From the human T2T-CHM13v2.0 reference genome, Homo sapiens: DNA of 64,000 nt. Of this stretch, positions 1-13,140 are shown piece after piece; the stretch's first letter is position 1; the number at the start of each line of letters is the position of its first letter. The notes beneath the pieces were generated by a model. The model was not told the origin of the DNA. It was given only the letters and a program-made list of their open reading frames with translations, and did not search any database. The DNA lies in NCBI RefSeq assembly GCF_009914755.1, contig NC_060928.1; one strand, given 5' to 3'. The position numbers were made by a program, and so were the translations under genes.

Positions 1-228
1 ATGTGCCACTTTAGGAGCTGTAACACTCACTGCGCAGGTCTCTGGCTTCACTCCTGAAGCCAGCAAGACCACAAACCCACCAAAAAAGAAATTCTGGGCA
101 CATCTGAACATCTGAAGGAACAAACACACAATCTTTAAGAACTGTAACACTCACCGCGAGGGTCTGTGGCTTCATTCTTGAAGTCAGTGAGACCAAGAAC
201 CCACTGAAAGGAACCAATTCTGGACACA
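1..228 (+). mobile_element. LTR12 (ERV9) 5' LTR, U5 end; continues left of window
   Basis: gagctgtaacactcac...cactcctgaag repeats, ending ggaaccaattctggacaca; near-identical to 3265-3489. Confidence 0.92.
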
Positions 229-231
229 TTT

Positions 232-249
232 TGGCAACCGTGAAGGGAC
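232..249 (+). other. ERV9 primer-binding site (tRNA-Arg)
   Basis: TGGCAACCGTGAAGGGAC right after the LTR; 15/18 to the recalled TGGCGACCACGAAGGGAC. Confidence 0.8.
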
Positions 250-1393
250 AATCACCAAGTGGTGAGTAGCATCAGACCCCTTTCACTTGCTATTCTGTCC
301 TATTTTTCCTTAGAATTCGGGGGCTAAATACCAGGCACCTGTTGGCCAGTTAAAAGCAACTAGCATGCCTGCTGGACTAAAGACACGGGTGTCAGGCTTT
401 CTGGGAAAGTGTTCTCTAACAATCCCCGACTCTCGGAGTTGGGAGCATTGGTTTCCCTGGAACCAGTTTCTGCTTTTCCTGTACTTCTGGGCTGAGCCGA
501 GTGTCAATAGAGAGGAAAGCCATTCAGCTCCGGGGTCCCGACAACAAGTCGGTTGACCCTGCAGCCATAAGCGAAACTCTGAAAGTCATGTCGCCTAAGT
601 GAGACTCGCCCATCTATCCTATCTATCCTGACCCTTGCCTCCTGGGTCCTAATGCCTGTCAGACAAACTTCCTCTTGCCTCTCTTCTCCGAGGCTAGTCC
701 CACTTCTAAAAACCACTCCCTGTTTCTGGTGCTTTTCTAGTTCCTCCTATAAGAATGATTTCTAGTGTAAACTCGAGGACTCTATTCCCTTCTTTAGGCA
801 CCCAGGCTCACTAATTGGAAAGACATAATTTTTGCCCAAAGCCCCATTGTAGGGGGTATTATCTGGAATTTTAGGGTCCCTCCTCAGACAAGCAGGCCTA
901 ACAAAAGCTATTCCTGAAGCTAGGATATGGGGAGCCTCAGAAACTGTATTCTTCCTATTCATATAAGTGAGGAAAAAAGGCGTCACTCTTCCAACCCTGG
1001 AGATTCCTTCCTTCCCTCAGGGTATGGCCCTCCACTTCATTCTGGGGACATAACATCTTTATAGGATGGGGTAAAGTTCCAATACTAACAGGAGAATGCT
1101 TAGGACTCTAACAGGTTTTCGAGAATGTGTCGGTAAGGGCCACTAAATCTGATTTTTCTCAGTCCTTTTTGTGGTCTAGGAGGACAGGCATGGGTGCAGG
1201 TTTTTGAGAATGTGTTGGTAAGGACTGCTAAATCCAACATTCCTCGGTCCTCCTTGTGGTCTAGGAGGAAAACTAGTGTTTCTGCTGCTGTGTCAGTGAG
1301 TGCAACTATTCCGATCAGCAGGGTCCAGGGACTGTTGCGGGTTCTTGGGCAGGGGAGAAACAAAGCAAAACCACAGGTGGTTTTTTCTTTCAG

Positions 1394-3021
1394 ATGAGAA
1401 ACACTCAAGCACCAACAGGCTCACCCTTGAAATGCATCCTAACTCATTGGGACCAATTTGGCCCACAAACCCTGAAAAAGAGGTGGCTTATTTTTTTCTG
1501 CACTATGGCTTGGCCCCAATATTCTCTCTCTGATGGGGAAAAATGGCCACCTGAGGGAAGTATAAATTATAATACTATCTTGCAGCTTGACCTTTTCTGT
1601 AAGAGGGAAGGCAAATGGAGCAAAATACCTTATGTCCAAGCTTTCTTTTCATTGAAGGAGAATACACAACTATGCAAATCTTGCAATTTACATCCCACAG
1701 GAGGACCTCTCAGCTTACCCCCATATCCTAGCCTCCATATAGCTCCCCTTCCTATTAATGATAAGCCTCCTCTAATCTCCCCTTCCCAGAAGGAAACAAG
1801 CAAAGAAATCTCCAAGGAACCACAAAAATCCCCCAGCTATCGGTTATGTCGCCTTCAAGCTGTAGGGGGAGGGGAATTTGGCTCAACCCAGGTACATGTC
1901 CCCTTCTCCTATTCTGATTTAAAGCAGATCAAGGTAGACCTGGGGAAGCTTTCAGATGATCCTGATAGGTACATAGATGTCCTACAGGGTCTAGGGCAAA
2001 CCTTCTATCTCACTTGGAGAGATGTCATGCTATTGTTAGACCAAACCCTGGCCTTTAATGAAAAGAATGTGGCTTTAACTGCAGCCCGAGAGTTTGGAGA
2101 TACCTGATATCTTAGTCAAGTAAATGATAGAATGACAGCTGAAGAAAGGGACAAATTCCCTACTGGTCAGCACGCTGTCCCCAGTATGGATCCCCACTGG
2201 GACCTCGACTCAGATCATGGGGACTGGAGTCGCAAACATCTGTTGACCCGTGTTCTAGAAGGACTAAGGAGAATTAGGAAAAAAGCCCATGAAATATTCA
2301 ATGATGTCTACCATAACTCCGGGAAAGGAAGAAAATCCTTCTGCCTTCCTCAAGCAGCTACAAGAGGCCTTAAGGAAATATGCTCCCCTGTCACCTGACT
2401 CCTTCGAGGGTCAATTGATCCTAAAAGATAAGTTTATTACCCAGTCAGCCACAGATATCAAGAGAAAGCTCCAAAAGCGAGCCCTGGGCCCTGAACAAAA
2501 TCTGGAGGCATTATTAAACCTGGCAACCTCGGTGTTCTATAATAGGGCCAAGAGGAACAGGCCCAAAAGGAAAAGCGAGATCAGAGAAAGGCCGCAGCCT
2601 TAGTCATGGCCCTCAGACAAACAAACTTTGGTGGTTCAGAGAGGACAGAAAATGGAGCAGGCCAATTACCCGTGAGGGCTTGTTATCAGTGTGGTTTACT
2701 AGGACACTTTAAAAAAGATTGTCCAATGAGAAACAAGCCACCCCCTCATCCATGTCTGCTATGCCAACCCCTCATTCATGTCTGCTATGCCGATGCAATC
2801 ACTGGAAGGCACACTGCCCCAGAGGGCAAAGGTTCTTTAGGCCAGAAGCCCCCAACCAGATGATCCAACAACAGGACTGAGGATGCTTGAGGCAAGTGCC
2901 AGCACATGTCACCCTCACTGAGTCCCAGGTACATTTAACCATTGATGGTCAGGAAATTGTCTTCCTCCTTGACACTGGTGAGGCCTTCTCAGTGTTAATC
3001 TCCTGTCCTTGATGACCGTCC
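1394..3021 (+). pseudogene. HERV9 gag and N-terminal pro, defective
   Basis: MRNTQAPTGSPLKCILTHWDQF matrix start; premature TGA at 2105-2107; frameshifts; GKEENPSAF; Zn knuckle CYQCGLLGHFKKDC; protease FLLDTG near 2962-2979. Confidence 0.9.
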
Positions 3022-3489
3022 TCAATAAGGGAATAAAAGCTGGCCACCCAAGCCAGCAGCGGCAACCCACTCAAGTCCCTTTCCATGCTATGGAAGCTTT
3101 GTTCTTTCGCTCTTCACAATAAATCTTGCTGCCACTCACTCTTTTGGTCCTCACTACCTTTAAGAGCTGTAACACTCACAGTGAAGGTCTGTGGCTTCAC
3201 TCCTGAAGTCAGCAAGACCATGAACCCACCAGGAGGAACAAACAACTCTGGACATGCCACCTCTAAGAGCTGTAACACTCACTGCAAAGGTCTGCAGCTT
3301 CACTCCTGAAGTCAGCGAGACCACAAACCCACCAGAAGGAAGAAACTCTGGACACATCTGAACATCTGAAGGAACAAACTCTGGACACACCACCTTTAAG
3401 AACTGTAACAGTCACTGCAAGCTTCCGTGGCTTCATTCTTGAAGTCAACAAGACCAAGAACCCACCAGAAGGAACCAATTCTGGACACA
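3022..3489 (+). mobile_element. LTR12 3' LTR, most of U3 deleted
   Basis: Starts abruptly at caataagggaataaaagctggccaccc, has the R-region AATAAA (about 3118) and U5 tandem repeats, ends ggacaca. Confidence 0.9.
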
Positions 3490-4756
3490 CTAGGAACTCT
3501 CTTATTTGTCACCAGGTGGTTGGAGTAGGAAGTGCACAAACAGCCTGCTTCCATTCACTACCGAGCCATCTTTTCCCTTGGCTTATATAGAAGCCTAAAC
3601 ACTGGACACTTTCAGAGCAGATTTGAGCCTTTTTCCCTGACACTTTATATCCTGCCTTCCATAACATGTGCAGGAGTCCCCTGATAGCAGTCCTCTTGGG
3701 TTGGGGCTGCTAGAAGGAGATCATCAATGTACTGGAGCAAGACACAGTCACTGCTCGGTGAGGTGCAGTCTTTAAGATCTGAGGCCAGTGTCTCTGCAAA
3801 GATTGTGGGAGAGTTCTTAAATCCCTGTGGGAGTCTTGTCCAAGTGTACTGTGATTGACCCCACTGGAAAGCAAAAATAGTCTGACTAATCGGTGCCAGC
3901 TGGAGGCAGAAAAATGCATCCTTTAAATCTAGGACTGTAAAAACCAAGTGGCACTTGCTGGAATATGTCCCATTAAAGTATACAGGTTTGGCACCACTGG
4001 GTGGATGGTCACTATAGCTTGGTTTACCGCATGCAAATCCTGCATTAGCCTATATTCACTAGACAGCTTCCTCACTGACAAGAGAGGGGTATTCCACAGT
4101 GACTGGCATTTGACTATGATTCTATGCTTATGAAGTCGCTCTAAGTGTTTGTGGATTCCCCATATGGCCTTGGAAAGTAGTAGTGGGTACTGATGGACCC
4201 AAACCAGAGTTGCTCCTGGTTTTAAGTCCACTACAATTGGTGCCTGATTTACTGTCAGTCCAAGCAGGTTACTTTCAGCTCGAACTCTGGGAATTTTAGT
4301 AAGTAATGTGTGCATATCATTTACTCCTGCTTCCAGGGTCTTTTCTGCATATAGCCTCCATTCCTCAGCTTTCAGGACAGTAAGGGTTAACACCATAGCC
4401 TATGGGTGAGCTAGGTTTAAAGTTACATTCCCTTGCCACCCAAATGTAATCTGTGCCTGCAGGTTTTGAAGTAGGTCTCCTCCCAGCAAAGGAACTGGAC
4501 AATTTGGAAGGTATAGGAATTCATGTTGGACTCCTTGTCCTCCTATTACACATCTCTTTGACCGATAGAAAGGCCTTCTTTCTGAAACTCCAATGGCTCC
4601 TACAATGGTTGCACAGTTCTTGGATAGTGGCCCTATAAGTCAGGTCACTACCAAATGCTCAGCCCCAGTATCTACCATAAAGTCCATCAACTGGCCCCCT
4701 ACTTCCAAAGTGATCATAGGCTCCTGGAGGCCCAAAGAGATGGAGCCTGGTCTGTC
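3490..4756 (-). pseudogene. ERV1-class (ERV3/HERV-R-like) pro-pol, defective, interrupted by ERV9
   Basis: Protease FMVDTGAE (about 4661-4680); RT motifs [38 protein letters not shown] in ORFs 3929-4396 and 3645-3947. Confidence 0.9.
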
Positions 4757-6485
4757 CTAGTCCTCATATCCCTCAGCCCCTGCCAGTCCAATCAGATCAG
4801 TGGTTAGTCCTGGGTGTGGTATCCCCCTGCTGGTGGCCTTCCCATACGATGGCCCAGACCATTCTCCTTGTTATCATTCTCTGGACACTTGTCCTTCCAG
4901 TGTCCTTTCCTTTTTCACTGGGTCCATTGATCTCTTTCTAGTCTCAGCCAACTCTCAAATCCCTGTCCAGTCTGGCCTCTTCCACACCCATGTTTGTGTC
5001 CCCTTGCAAAGCCAGCTTCCCTTCCTGTAAGGGCTGCTGCCAGCAAATCAGCCTTTTTCTTAAGCCTTCAATTAGCCTCCCTCTTTGCCTCCTGATTTTG
5101 GTTAATGTACACCTTGGTGGCTACCTCAATAAGCTGAGTAGCATTCATGCTCATGAAATCTTCCATCTTCTGCAATGTTCACCTAATATTGCCCTGGGCC
5201 TGCCCTATGAATGATGTATTTACCATATGCTGATTTTGAGTAGCCTCAGGGTTGAACAGGGTGTACAACCGAAATGCCTCACAAAGTCTTTCGTAAAACT
5301 GGCTTGGTCTTTCATCTGCTCCTTGGAGCACCTCTGAGATTTTTTCCTGCATTGGCTGCTTTTCTCCCACCATTTTTTAGCCCATGCAGGATTGCCTCTC
5401 AGTACTGCTGCAGATGCTGCAGCTGGGATGCGTCATTTGGGTCCCAATTGGGGTCTGTTTCAGGGAACTGGCCCTGCGCATATGCCTGGGCATTAACTGT
5501 GTCTGCAGGAGCATTTGCTTCTAGCCACTGGAGGGCTGCCTGTGTCAGTCTCTGGCACTCTTCCATATTAAACAGTGTCAGAAGAAGCTGTTTCCAATCT
5601 GGCCAGGTTGGATTGGTTGTCTGAATAATGGACTGCATCAAGTCTATAAAAGCCTGTGGCTTCTCTGTGTAGGAGGGAGCATGATGCTTCCAGTTCATGA
5701 GATCAGTGATTGAAAAGAGCTGGTAAACAAAAGCTCACTCTGCCCCCTGGATGTGGCCATGCTCTTGATAATAGACAGGTCCTCTCATTTCCTGAAGAGC
5801 AATTTGCATGACTTGGGCACGGCCAGACCTGAGACAGCCTACCTGACTTTCTAGGCTTTCCGCCCTAACTTTCTGTAGCTCTGATTCCTCCTTCTCAGGT
5901 GAGGCTGGGAGCATGTACCCACTCGGATTTAACTCCTTGTGGGCAGCTGGGGCAGTTGGCCTCACAGATGAACCAGCAGCAAAAGCAGTTGGTCTTGGTA
6001 AAGGGGGGTTGATTGGAACCTAAGGAGGATGAGGAAATTCTGTTTCCTCCTGAGGTGCCTGTAAAACTCGTTTATCTTGCCTTTCCTGTAGCTTTTTCTT
6101 TTTCTCTGCAGCTGCCAGCATGGCTGATTTTACTTTTGGGTTCGGCTGCTTGGGCCACTAGTGTCTTACAATATGCTGCCAAACAGGGTTGCAACCATGC
6201 TGGTCAGTTTTATATAATATTGAGGCATGAATTGATATAGGGGAATTGGTCTGGTTACCCTTGCTGTCCCCCGACCCTGGTCACCACCTTAAATGCCCGG
6301 CCTATTGTCTCCCTATCTATAATATCCTCGGCCAGCCAACTGACACCAATAGAGGGCTATTCTAATTCACAGAGAGTTCTCAACCTTTGGGGGGTCAGTT
6401 TAATTCCATAATCCCCTGAAAAAACTTTCTTAAAATTATTTAACGTACATTCCAATGGAGTGGGTTTCAACAACTGTCCCCACAT
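4757..6485 (-). pseudogene. ERV3/HERV-R-like gag, defective
   Basis: ATG 6485: MWGQLLKPTPLECTLNNFKKVFSGDYGIKLTPQRLRTLCELE*. Capsid NWKHHAPSYTEKPQA...WDPND; MHR QGADERPSQFYERL; decayed CCHC; gag TAG at 4757-4759 in frame with pro. Confidence 0.88.
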
Positions 6486-7181
6486 TTCCTCCCTTTACGA
6501 TGTGCACTCGCTCTTTCTTTTCTGACCGACCAGACCGTCTCCTATTACGGGAGTTTTCAGATGCTGCTTAGCTAGGAGAGTTCCTTATTCCCACCACGGA
6601 TGCTGCAGCCAGGGGGCAGCTCCTATTAGCCAGATGTGGATTGTCACTAGCCCAGGTCGGTCCCACACCGCTCGGAGCACACAGTCCACACTAAGAGATC
6701 TGTGTCTCCCCACATTACTTCCTGCGTTAGTCCCTCCCAGAACCATCTCTCACGCAGTTTCACACACTTCCCCTCTCCCAGTTCCCTTTTCTAACTGACT
6801 TAGCAATCCTCTCTCACATACCATGTCAGTTGGGGTATAAGTTTCATCTGAATTGGAGAGCCACTCTCACCTCCAGCCTCTCTGGGTCAAATTAGTGGTT
6901 ATACCTCGGGAGGTGATCAAGCTCCTCTTCTGTCCTTACGGGACAGGTCCTGCCTTGAGCCCCAAAACCTTACCACAGTTCAGTAGAGCTGCTTCTGGGA
7001 TTGTCCTGTAACCCCTTCCAGGTTCTGTTGCACTGTTAGGGGAGGGGCGCCGGAGAAGCAGGAGAGCCGATCTCCCCTTCAGGTTGAGGTTCTCCCAGTG
7101 GCATGCTTGGGGTAACTGATCTCCCATGGCTGGGAGCCCCAGACCCACAGGCAAAGGAGACAGCCAATCTGTCATCTCTCC

Positions 7182-7199
7182 CTCCTGGCTGGCGCACCA
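7182..7199 (-). other. Primer-binding site, tRNA-Arg(ACG)-like
   Basis: Minus TGGTGCGCCAGCCAGGAG; 16/18 to the complement of the recalled tRNA-Arg(ACG) 3' end. Confidence 0.75.
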
Positions 7200-7203
7200 G
7201 AAA

Positions 7204-7933
7204 TGTTGCAGAAAAATCAGGAGGGCAAGAGAGACCTCGGAGTAAAGCAGGAGAATCTTTATTGAGTGCACTCAGACACAGCAGACTCAATGTCCAAAGA
7301 CTGGGCCCCGAACAAAGACAAGGTCTTGCTCATATACCTACTCCTAAGTGGTGCGAAAACAAATGTACAGAAACAAGACAAAGGCACTTAATCAGGCTAT
7401 GCCAGGCATATAACTCAGGTTTAGTATACCCCTTACTATGCAGCCCAGATGGTCATTATCTGGGTTAGTTCAAAGTTCAAAGGAGTTTCACAAATACTCA
7501 TCTTGCGACCCCCCCACCATGGCGTCCAGCTGGCTGTAAGCTAGACCTGCTCAGGCACGTCTGGTGACCTTTGTTACACTGCTTAGATGAAAAAGCAGGA
7601 ACCTACAATCATTAACTATAGGGAAAACAAGAACTCATAACACTTACAGAGCAAGGAGCAAGATATAGTTACATAGCAGACGGCATGGGATTCGAGGGGG
7701 AAGTTTACTTACACTAAAGGAGAGATAGGAGAACTTATCTCCTCACATCTCTATATTGAGGGAGTGCTGGGAAAGTCTTCAGGGCACATCCCTTTGAGCT
7801 CTGGCCCTTAGATAACGTTATCAAAACTTTGCCTGTTACTGCCTTTGAAATGAGTCTGCCTAACACAGGCAGCTTGTTTTATTTTTTTCTTTTAATTTTT
7901 ATTTTGCTTTTCTTTCTTTAATATCCTGCCTCA
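7204..7933 (-). mobile_element. 5' LTR of ERV3-like provirus (LTR4/LTR61/LTR76-like)
   Basis: Minus strand begins TGAGGCAGGA and ends TGCAACA next to the PBS; AATAAA at 7258-7263. Subfamily uncertain. Confidence 0.8.
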
Positions 7934-10629
7934 CTATATGTGCCTAAGTACAAATTATGGTTCTGCAATTTATATGGAACCCTAGGCATGATACTTGGTT
8001 TCCTCATCTAAAACATATTATGATGTTTTAGATGAGGGATATGATACCAGTCAACATTGTTGATATGAGGATTAAAATGTAATAATATGTAAAATACCTA
8101 GTTTCATGTGGCTGCATGGTGTACACTCAACATCTTAGCATGAAAATTGTTTTCAGGCATAGAAAGCATCTCTAGTATTACAATAGAGTGGCCAGAATAG
8201 GCATGCTTTTGGAATACAATGTAATTTCCTAATAACAGACTTCTTACTTGTACAGCTAACTTAGGTAGAATTTCCACGCATGACTGAAATTGCTAAGGAA
8301 CTTACTGTCTGGTTCCTTCATAAACAATTGAAGGCAAGTATCAATCTGAAATTCTGAGTAGTTTCTTATGCAATTTATACCATGCCAAGAGGTAAGTTGA
8401 GAAGCTTTGCCAACAAATAAAGGGACAGTGAAGAACATCAAAACAGATTATAAGCTTAAGTAGCACATGCCTCTTCTTGCCATTTTCCACTAATAATTTA
8501 CTGAATATTAACCATAGGCAAAGTACTACCAGTTCTCTCCACTCTTTCACACTTTCACAGTCAATCTACTTGTAGGAACTTATATTCCTGCTGTTTCTAT
8601 TGCTTTTCCTCCCTTTCATGGCACTAACCCATGGAGACATTGATTCTTCTCCCACCATCTCACTACTCCACTATCATTTGCAAATAATTCTATGTTAAAA
8701 GCCATCAAAGAATAATCACATTTGTTGTTAAATTTAAAGCCAATACTTTCTTTTTAATTGTATTTGCCTTCCCTATAGCATTTGACCATTTTACCACTCC
8801 ATCCTTTGAAATGTTCTTTGTAGCTTAGCTTTAGTTGTACCAGTTTCTTCTGGTTTTCCTCCTTTATCTTGAAACATTTTGTTTTGGGGGATTTGTTATT
8901 AGTGACCTCATTTTCTTCTGCCCATTCCCTACATATTGGTAATTATCCAGATCCTACTCCTTCCAAGCTACAAGCCTTCTTTTCTGATAATGCTACACTT
9001 TCTCCTATATCCACTTCTACATTTAAGTCTCCTGAGCTCCAGGTTTGTATAGTAAGCTGCTTACTGGACATCTTCCTTAGATATCTCATAACATTTCAAA
9101 TTTGACACATTCAAAATTGAATTCATCATTGTATCCATACCCTGCCTCAAACAAAGGGAGGAAAAGACTTCTATTTTGCTATTTTTGTCAATGACAGTCA
9201 GGCAATATTATAAACTATAACCTTGTCTTCTCTCACTTCCTTCATATTGCCTCTATTAGTCACCATGACATTTTCTGATCTATTCATGTAAACCATCACT
9301 TCAATTGCCCACTTCTTATATTCAGTGTTCATCTCAAGCTGCTGTCTTCTTTCAATTGGATAACAACAGCTTCTTAACTGCTTTATCCATTTCTTCTAAT
9401 AAATGGTCCACTCTTAGGCCAGAGTGATCTTGGTAAATCACCAGTTTGTGAGAACCAATGAGTTAATTCACCTGTTTTATTCCTCTGAAGTGCTTAAAAA
9501 AAGGTGTCTATCACAGTTGTAGTAGTAACAGTAGCATCAGCAGGAGAAGAAAGTATAGAAGGAAAAAGAGCAGAAAGATATCCTTATTATAAATCTAATC
9601 CAGTGGTAATATTAATAGTAGGATCATAAAATTTACGTAAATTTCCCAATAAATATCTTGCAGTCACAGGGAAAATCGCTGTTTCTATTTCCTCATTTCT
9701 ATTTCGCCCCTCATTTTCTGACAACATGGATCCTCTCCCTATACTTATCATGATACTCCACTGAATCTGCTGGTTACAAAGCTGCTGAAGAATTGTTACC
9801 ATATCAAGAAGTCAAAAATTTTATATTCTTTATTAATGCTCTCAAGTTTCTTTACTATCAGGCATATGCATAACTCCATCCTTACCTCTTACTTTCTGCA
9901 TCACATATTCTGAATTATATTACCCTAAACTCTTTTACCTAGTCCTTCACACATATTTTTCCCTCTGCCCAGAACATCATGCTCCATTATTGCCCAGCTG
10001 ATTGCTAACTGTCCTTCAGTTTCCATATCACTTTCCCTAAGAAACTTTCCATTATTTGGGTACGTATCCTTTATGTGTTTCCAAAGCATCCTGTTGTCAT
10101 GCTAAATGCATATGACTAATATTAGAGTTGATTGTTTAATTTATGTGGCATTACATTATAAATTCCATAAAAGTGGAACTGTGCGTGTCTTACTGTCTTT
10201 GCATGCTCAGCACTTAACACTTTGTCACCACTGGATCTTAAATAGAGAGAATAACTTGAACTGTTACAAAAGTGTTAGAAACAGAGAAAGATAACCATTA
10301 TGTCTATTTGGAGAACTGGAAGATTCAAACTGAATTTATGATAAGTGGAGATAGAAAGGCTATGACTGGGAATGTAAGGAAGATAAAGGTGTAATAATAA
10401 ACAGGAATAGTGACCAAGGTATATTATTAAAGAAAATAAATGTAGAAGATAAATATTTACTGAATACTGATTGATAGGTATGATTTCTATATCATACACT
10501 AACATTTCAAACTAATAATAATAGTTTTGAAATTCATATTATCATTAGAAATGTTCAGTTACCAAATACGTATCCTTGGGCAAATGAACTTTGTTATTGA
10601 GTAGAGGATTATTTATTTATTTATGTTAT

Positions 10630-10772
10630 TTTTATTTTTGTAGAGACTGGGTTGTTTTGTAGAAACTAGGCTGTTTTGCCCAGGCTGGTCTCAAACTCCT
10701 GGCCTCAAGCTATTCTCCCTCCTTGGCGTCCCAGTGTGCTGAGGTTACAGACATGAGCCACAGTTCCTGGCC
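10630..10772 (-). mobile_element. Alu monomer (FLAM/AluJ left arm)
   Basis: cccaggctggtctcaaactcctggcctcaagc...atgagccac...ctggcc. Confidence 0.8.
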
Positions 10773-11766
10773 TAGGCTTCTTTATCTTAGCAGATTCTTC
10801 ATAGAATCATTGCTATTACATCATTGTCATTGTTAAAATTTCATAAAAGGAATGATTTAACATGTAAATATGCAGTATGCTGTTTGGCATGCAAAAATTA
10901 CCCAATATAGCTTAATTATTACTAAAATGATTACATTATTACCATGTATACTATCAGAATCTAGAAGTTTATTCTTTTTTCATTTCAATACTGCCTTAAA
11001 ACGAAAGAAAATATATTAAATATGTTATCTTCCACATAAAGAGCCATTCTCAATCCTCCATTCAGTCCCATGTAAAAAAGAGATAATGAGTTTAAGTTTT
11101 TATACTAAAACTCTTCCTCCTAGTCAGTCTTGAGCAAGTCATTTATCTTATAAGTGTTTGCCAACTTTAGACTTTAAGTGGAGATAATTGCACTTACTTG
11201 TTTTCATCTTATAGAGACATTCTAAGGTTAAATACACCTTGTCCTTTTGTATCCTCAGGTGCAAGTGTAGTCAAGAAGTAGGATGCCATTTGCTATTAGG
11301 CAATCATTTATTCTCAAGGTCTTCTAACATAGGTATTTGGTGGTGAAGAGTTAATTATACTGTATTCCATCTGGAATCCCTGGGGCCTTATAATATTCAG
11401 AAAACAGTTCCCAGTGAAAGAGATTGGTTAGATCATTATCTTCCTTCCTGAGAGCACAAACAACTCTGATTCATAATAAATCTTCTTGCTTGTTTTGCAG
11501 TCTAAATGAAACATATTTCAAAAGTAAAACATATATCTTTGTTAAAAGTATAATTTTGCATACATGTGTTTGTGTATCTGTATTAATTTATTTTGTCTTT
11601 GTTTCTGTAATAATACTGTGTTCCTGTCATCATGCTTTTATCATGATGATATGGTTTTATCTGAAATTGTAAATTGGAGATTGAAATATCGACAATATCT
11701 AACTGTTATAAAACAATTAGCAAAAAGTTTTCTATTTTGTAAAATAACAAGTAGGTCAGGGTTGAA

Positions 11767-12070
<304 letters not shown>

Positions 12071-12535
12071 TCATTATCATTAAAATGGGAATAATTTTAT
12101 GTTCCATTTTATTGAAGAGTTGTGACAATGAAATGAGTAAAACATTTGGAGCAATCCCTGACACATAGCAATGATCAATAAAATATTAACAATAATAATA
12201 ATTATTATTCTTATTAAGGTTTATTTGGCTTTTTCCCTGAAAGATAAGAAAAACATATTAATCAATCAAGATCTTTTTATGGAGTCAAAGAAAGTGTTTG
12301 TTTGGGATGTTCAGAAAGGATGAAGATATAACTCTATCTTCATATTTTGTTAAATGAGAGGTTAAAACTTCAACTTTAAATTCCATTATTGTACAGATTG
12401 ATAAACTTGAAAATTTAAAAACTTTGCCACTTCTCAGCATTATGATTCAAACCCTAAAGACAAAAAAGAACCACATAATAGAAAATATTTTGGTTATATG
12501 AAAAATTACAAGAATCTCAAACCAGTTATACGTAA

Positions 12536-12657
12536 ATAGTAGAGATGGGGTCTCACTATGTTGCCCAAGCTAGTTATAAACTCCTAGGTTCAAGCAGACC
12601 TCCCACCTTGACCTCCCAAAGTGCTGGGATTACAGGTGAAAGCCACTGCTCCTGGCC
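12536..12657 (-). mobile_element. Alu left monomer (FLAM/AluJ)
   Basis: gtagagatggggtctcactatgttgccc...cccaaagtgctgggattacagg. Confidence 0.8.
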
Positions 12658-12689
12658 AGTTTTTAATATTTTAAGACAGGTATCATTAC

Positions 12690-13140
12690 CATTACTAGGT
12701 GTCTTTTTTAAATGTTTCATAAAATTCACTGAAGTCATCTAGGCTTTGTGAATTCTCTTTCAAGAGTATTTTATTATATGTGTAATGGTTATAGGACTAT
12801 TCAGGTATTTTATTTCATTTTGTATGAGTTTGGTAGTATGTGGTTTTTGAGGAAATGGCCATTCCTTCTAAATTGTCAAATTTACTAGCATAAAGTTTAC
12901 AGACTTTTCTTCTTATGCTTTCACTGGTTGTAGAATCTGTGGTTATATTTCTTATTTTATTGCTGATTTTAGCAATGTAGGTCCTCTGTTTTCCCATCTT
13001 TGTCAGTCTTTGTAGAGGTTTATTAATGTTATTAATCTTTTTTTGAGAACTAGCTTTTGCTTTCATTAATTTTCTCCATTGTTTTCCTGTATCCAGTTTA
13101 ATTTAATTGTTTTTATTTTTTTTTTACTTTATTCTGTTTA
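12690..13140 (-). mobile_element. Old L1M ORF2 fragment
   Basis: ORF 12815-13066 (KINNINKPLQRL...NITTDST...LYASKFDNLEGM) resembles L1 ORF2 KINKIDKPLARL...LYANKLENLEEM. Confidence 0.75.

Noticed and set aside
1111-1275. About 85-bp tandem repeat in the ERV9 leader, and U5 repeats in LTR12 (also 3160-3480), as a CRISPR-like or novel array
   Set aside because: These are built-in tandem repeats of ERV9/LTR12 with no unique spacers, in a eukaryotic context.
1394-2107. 237-aa ORF, the longest in the track, as a domesticated gag gene
   Set aside because: Ends at a premature TGA and is followed by frameshifts; it has Arg at position 2 instead of the myristoylation Gly. Length fits neutral decay of a young ERV9.
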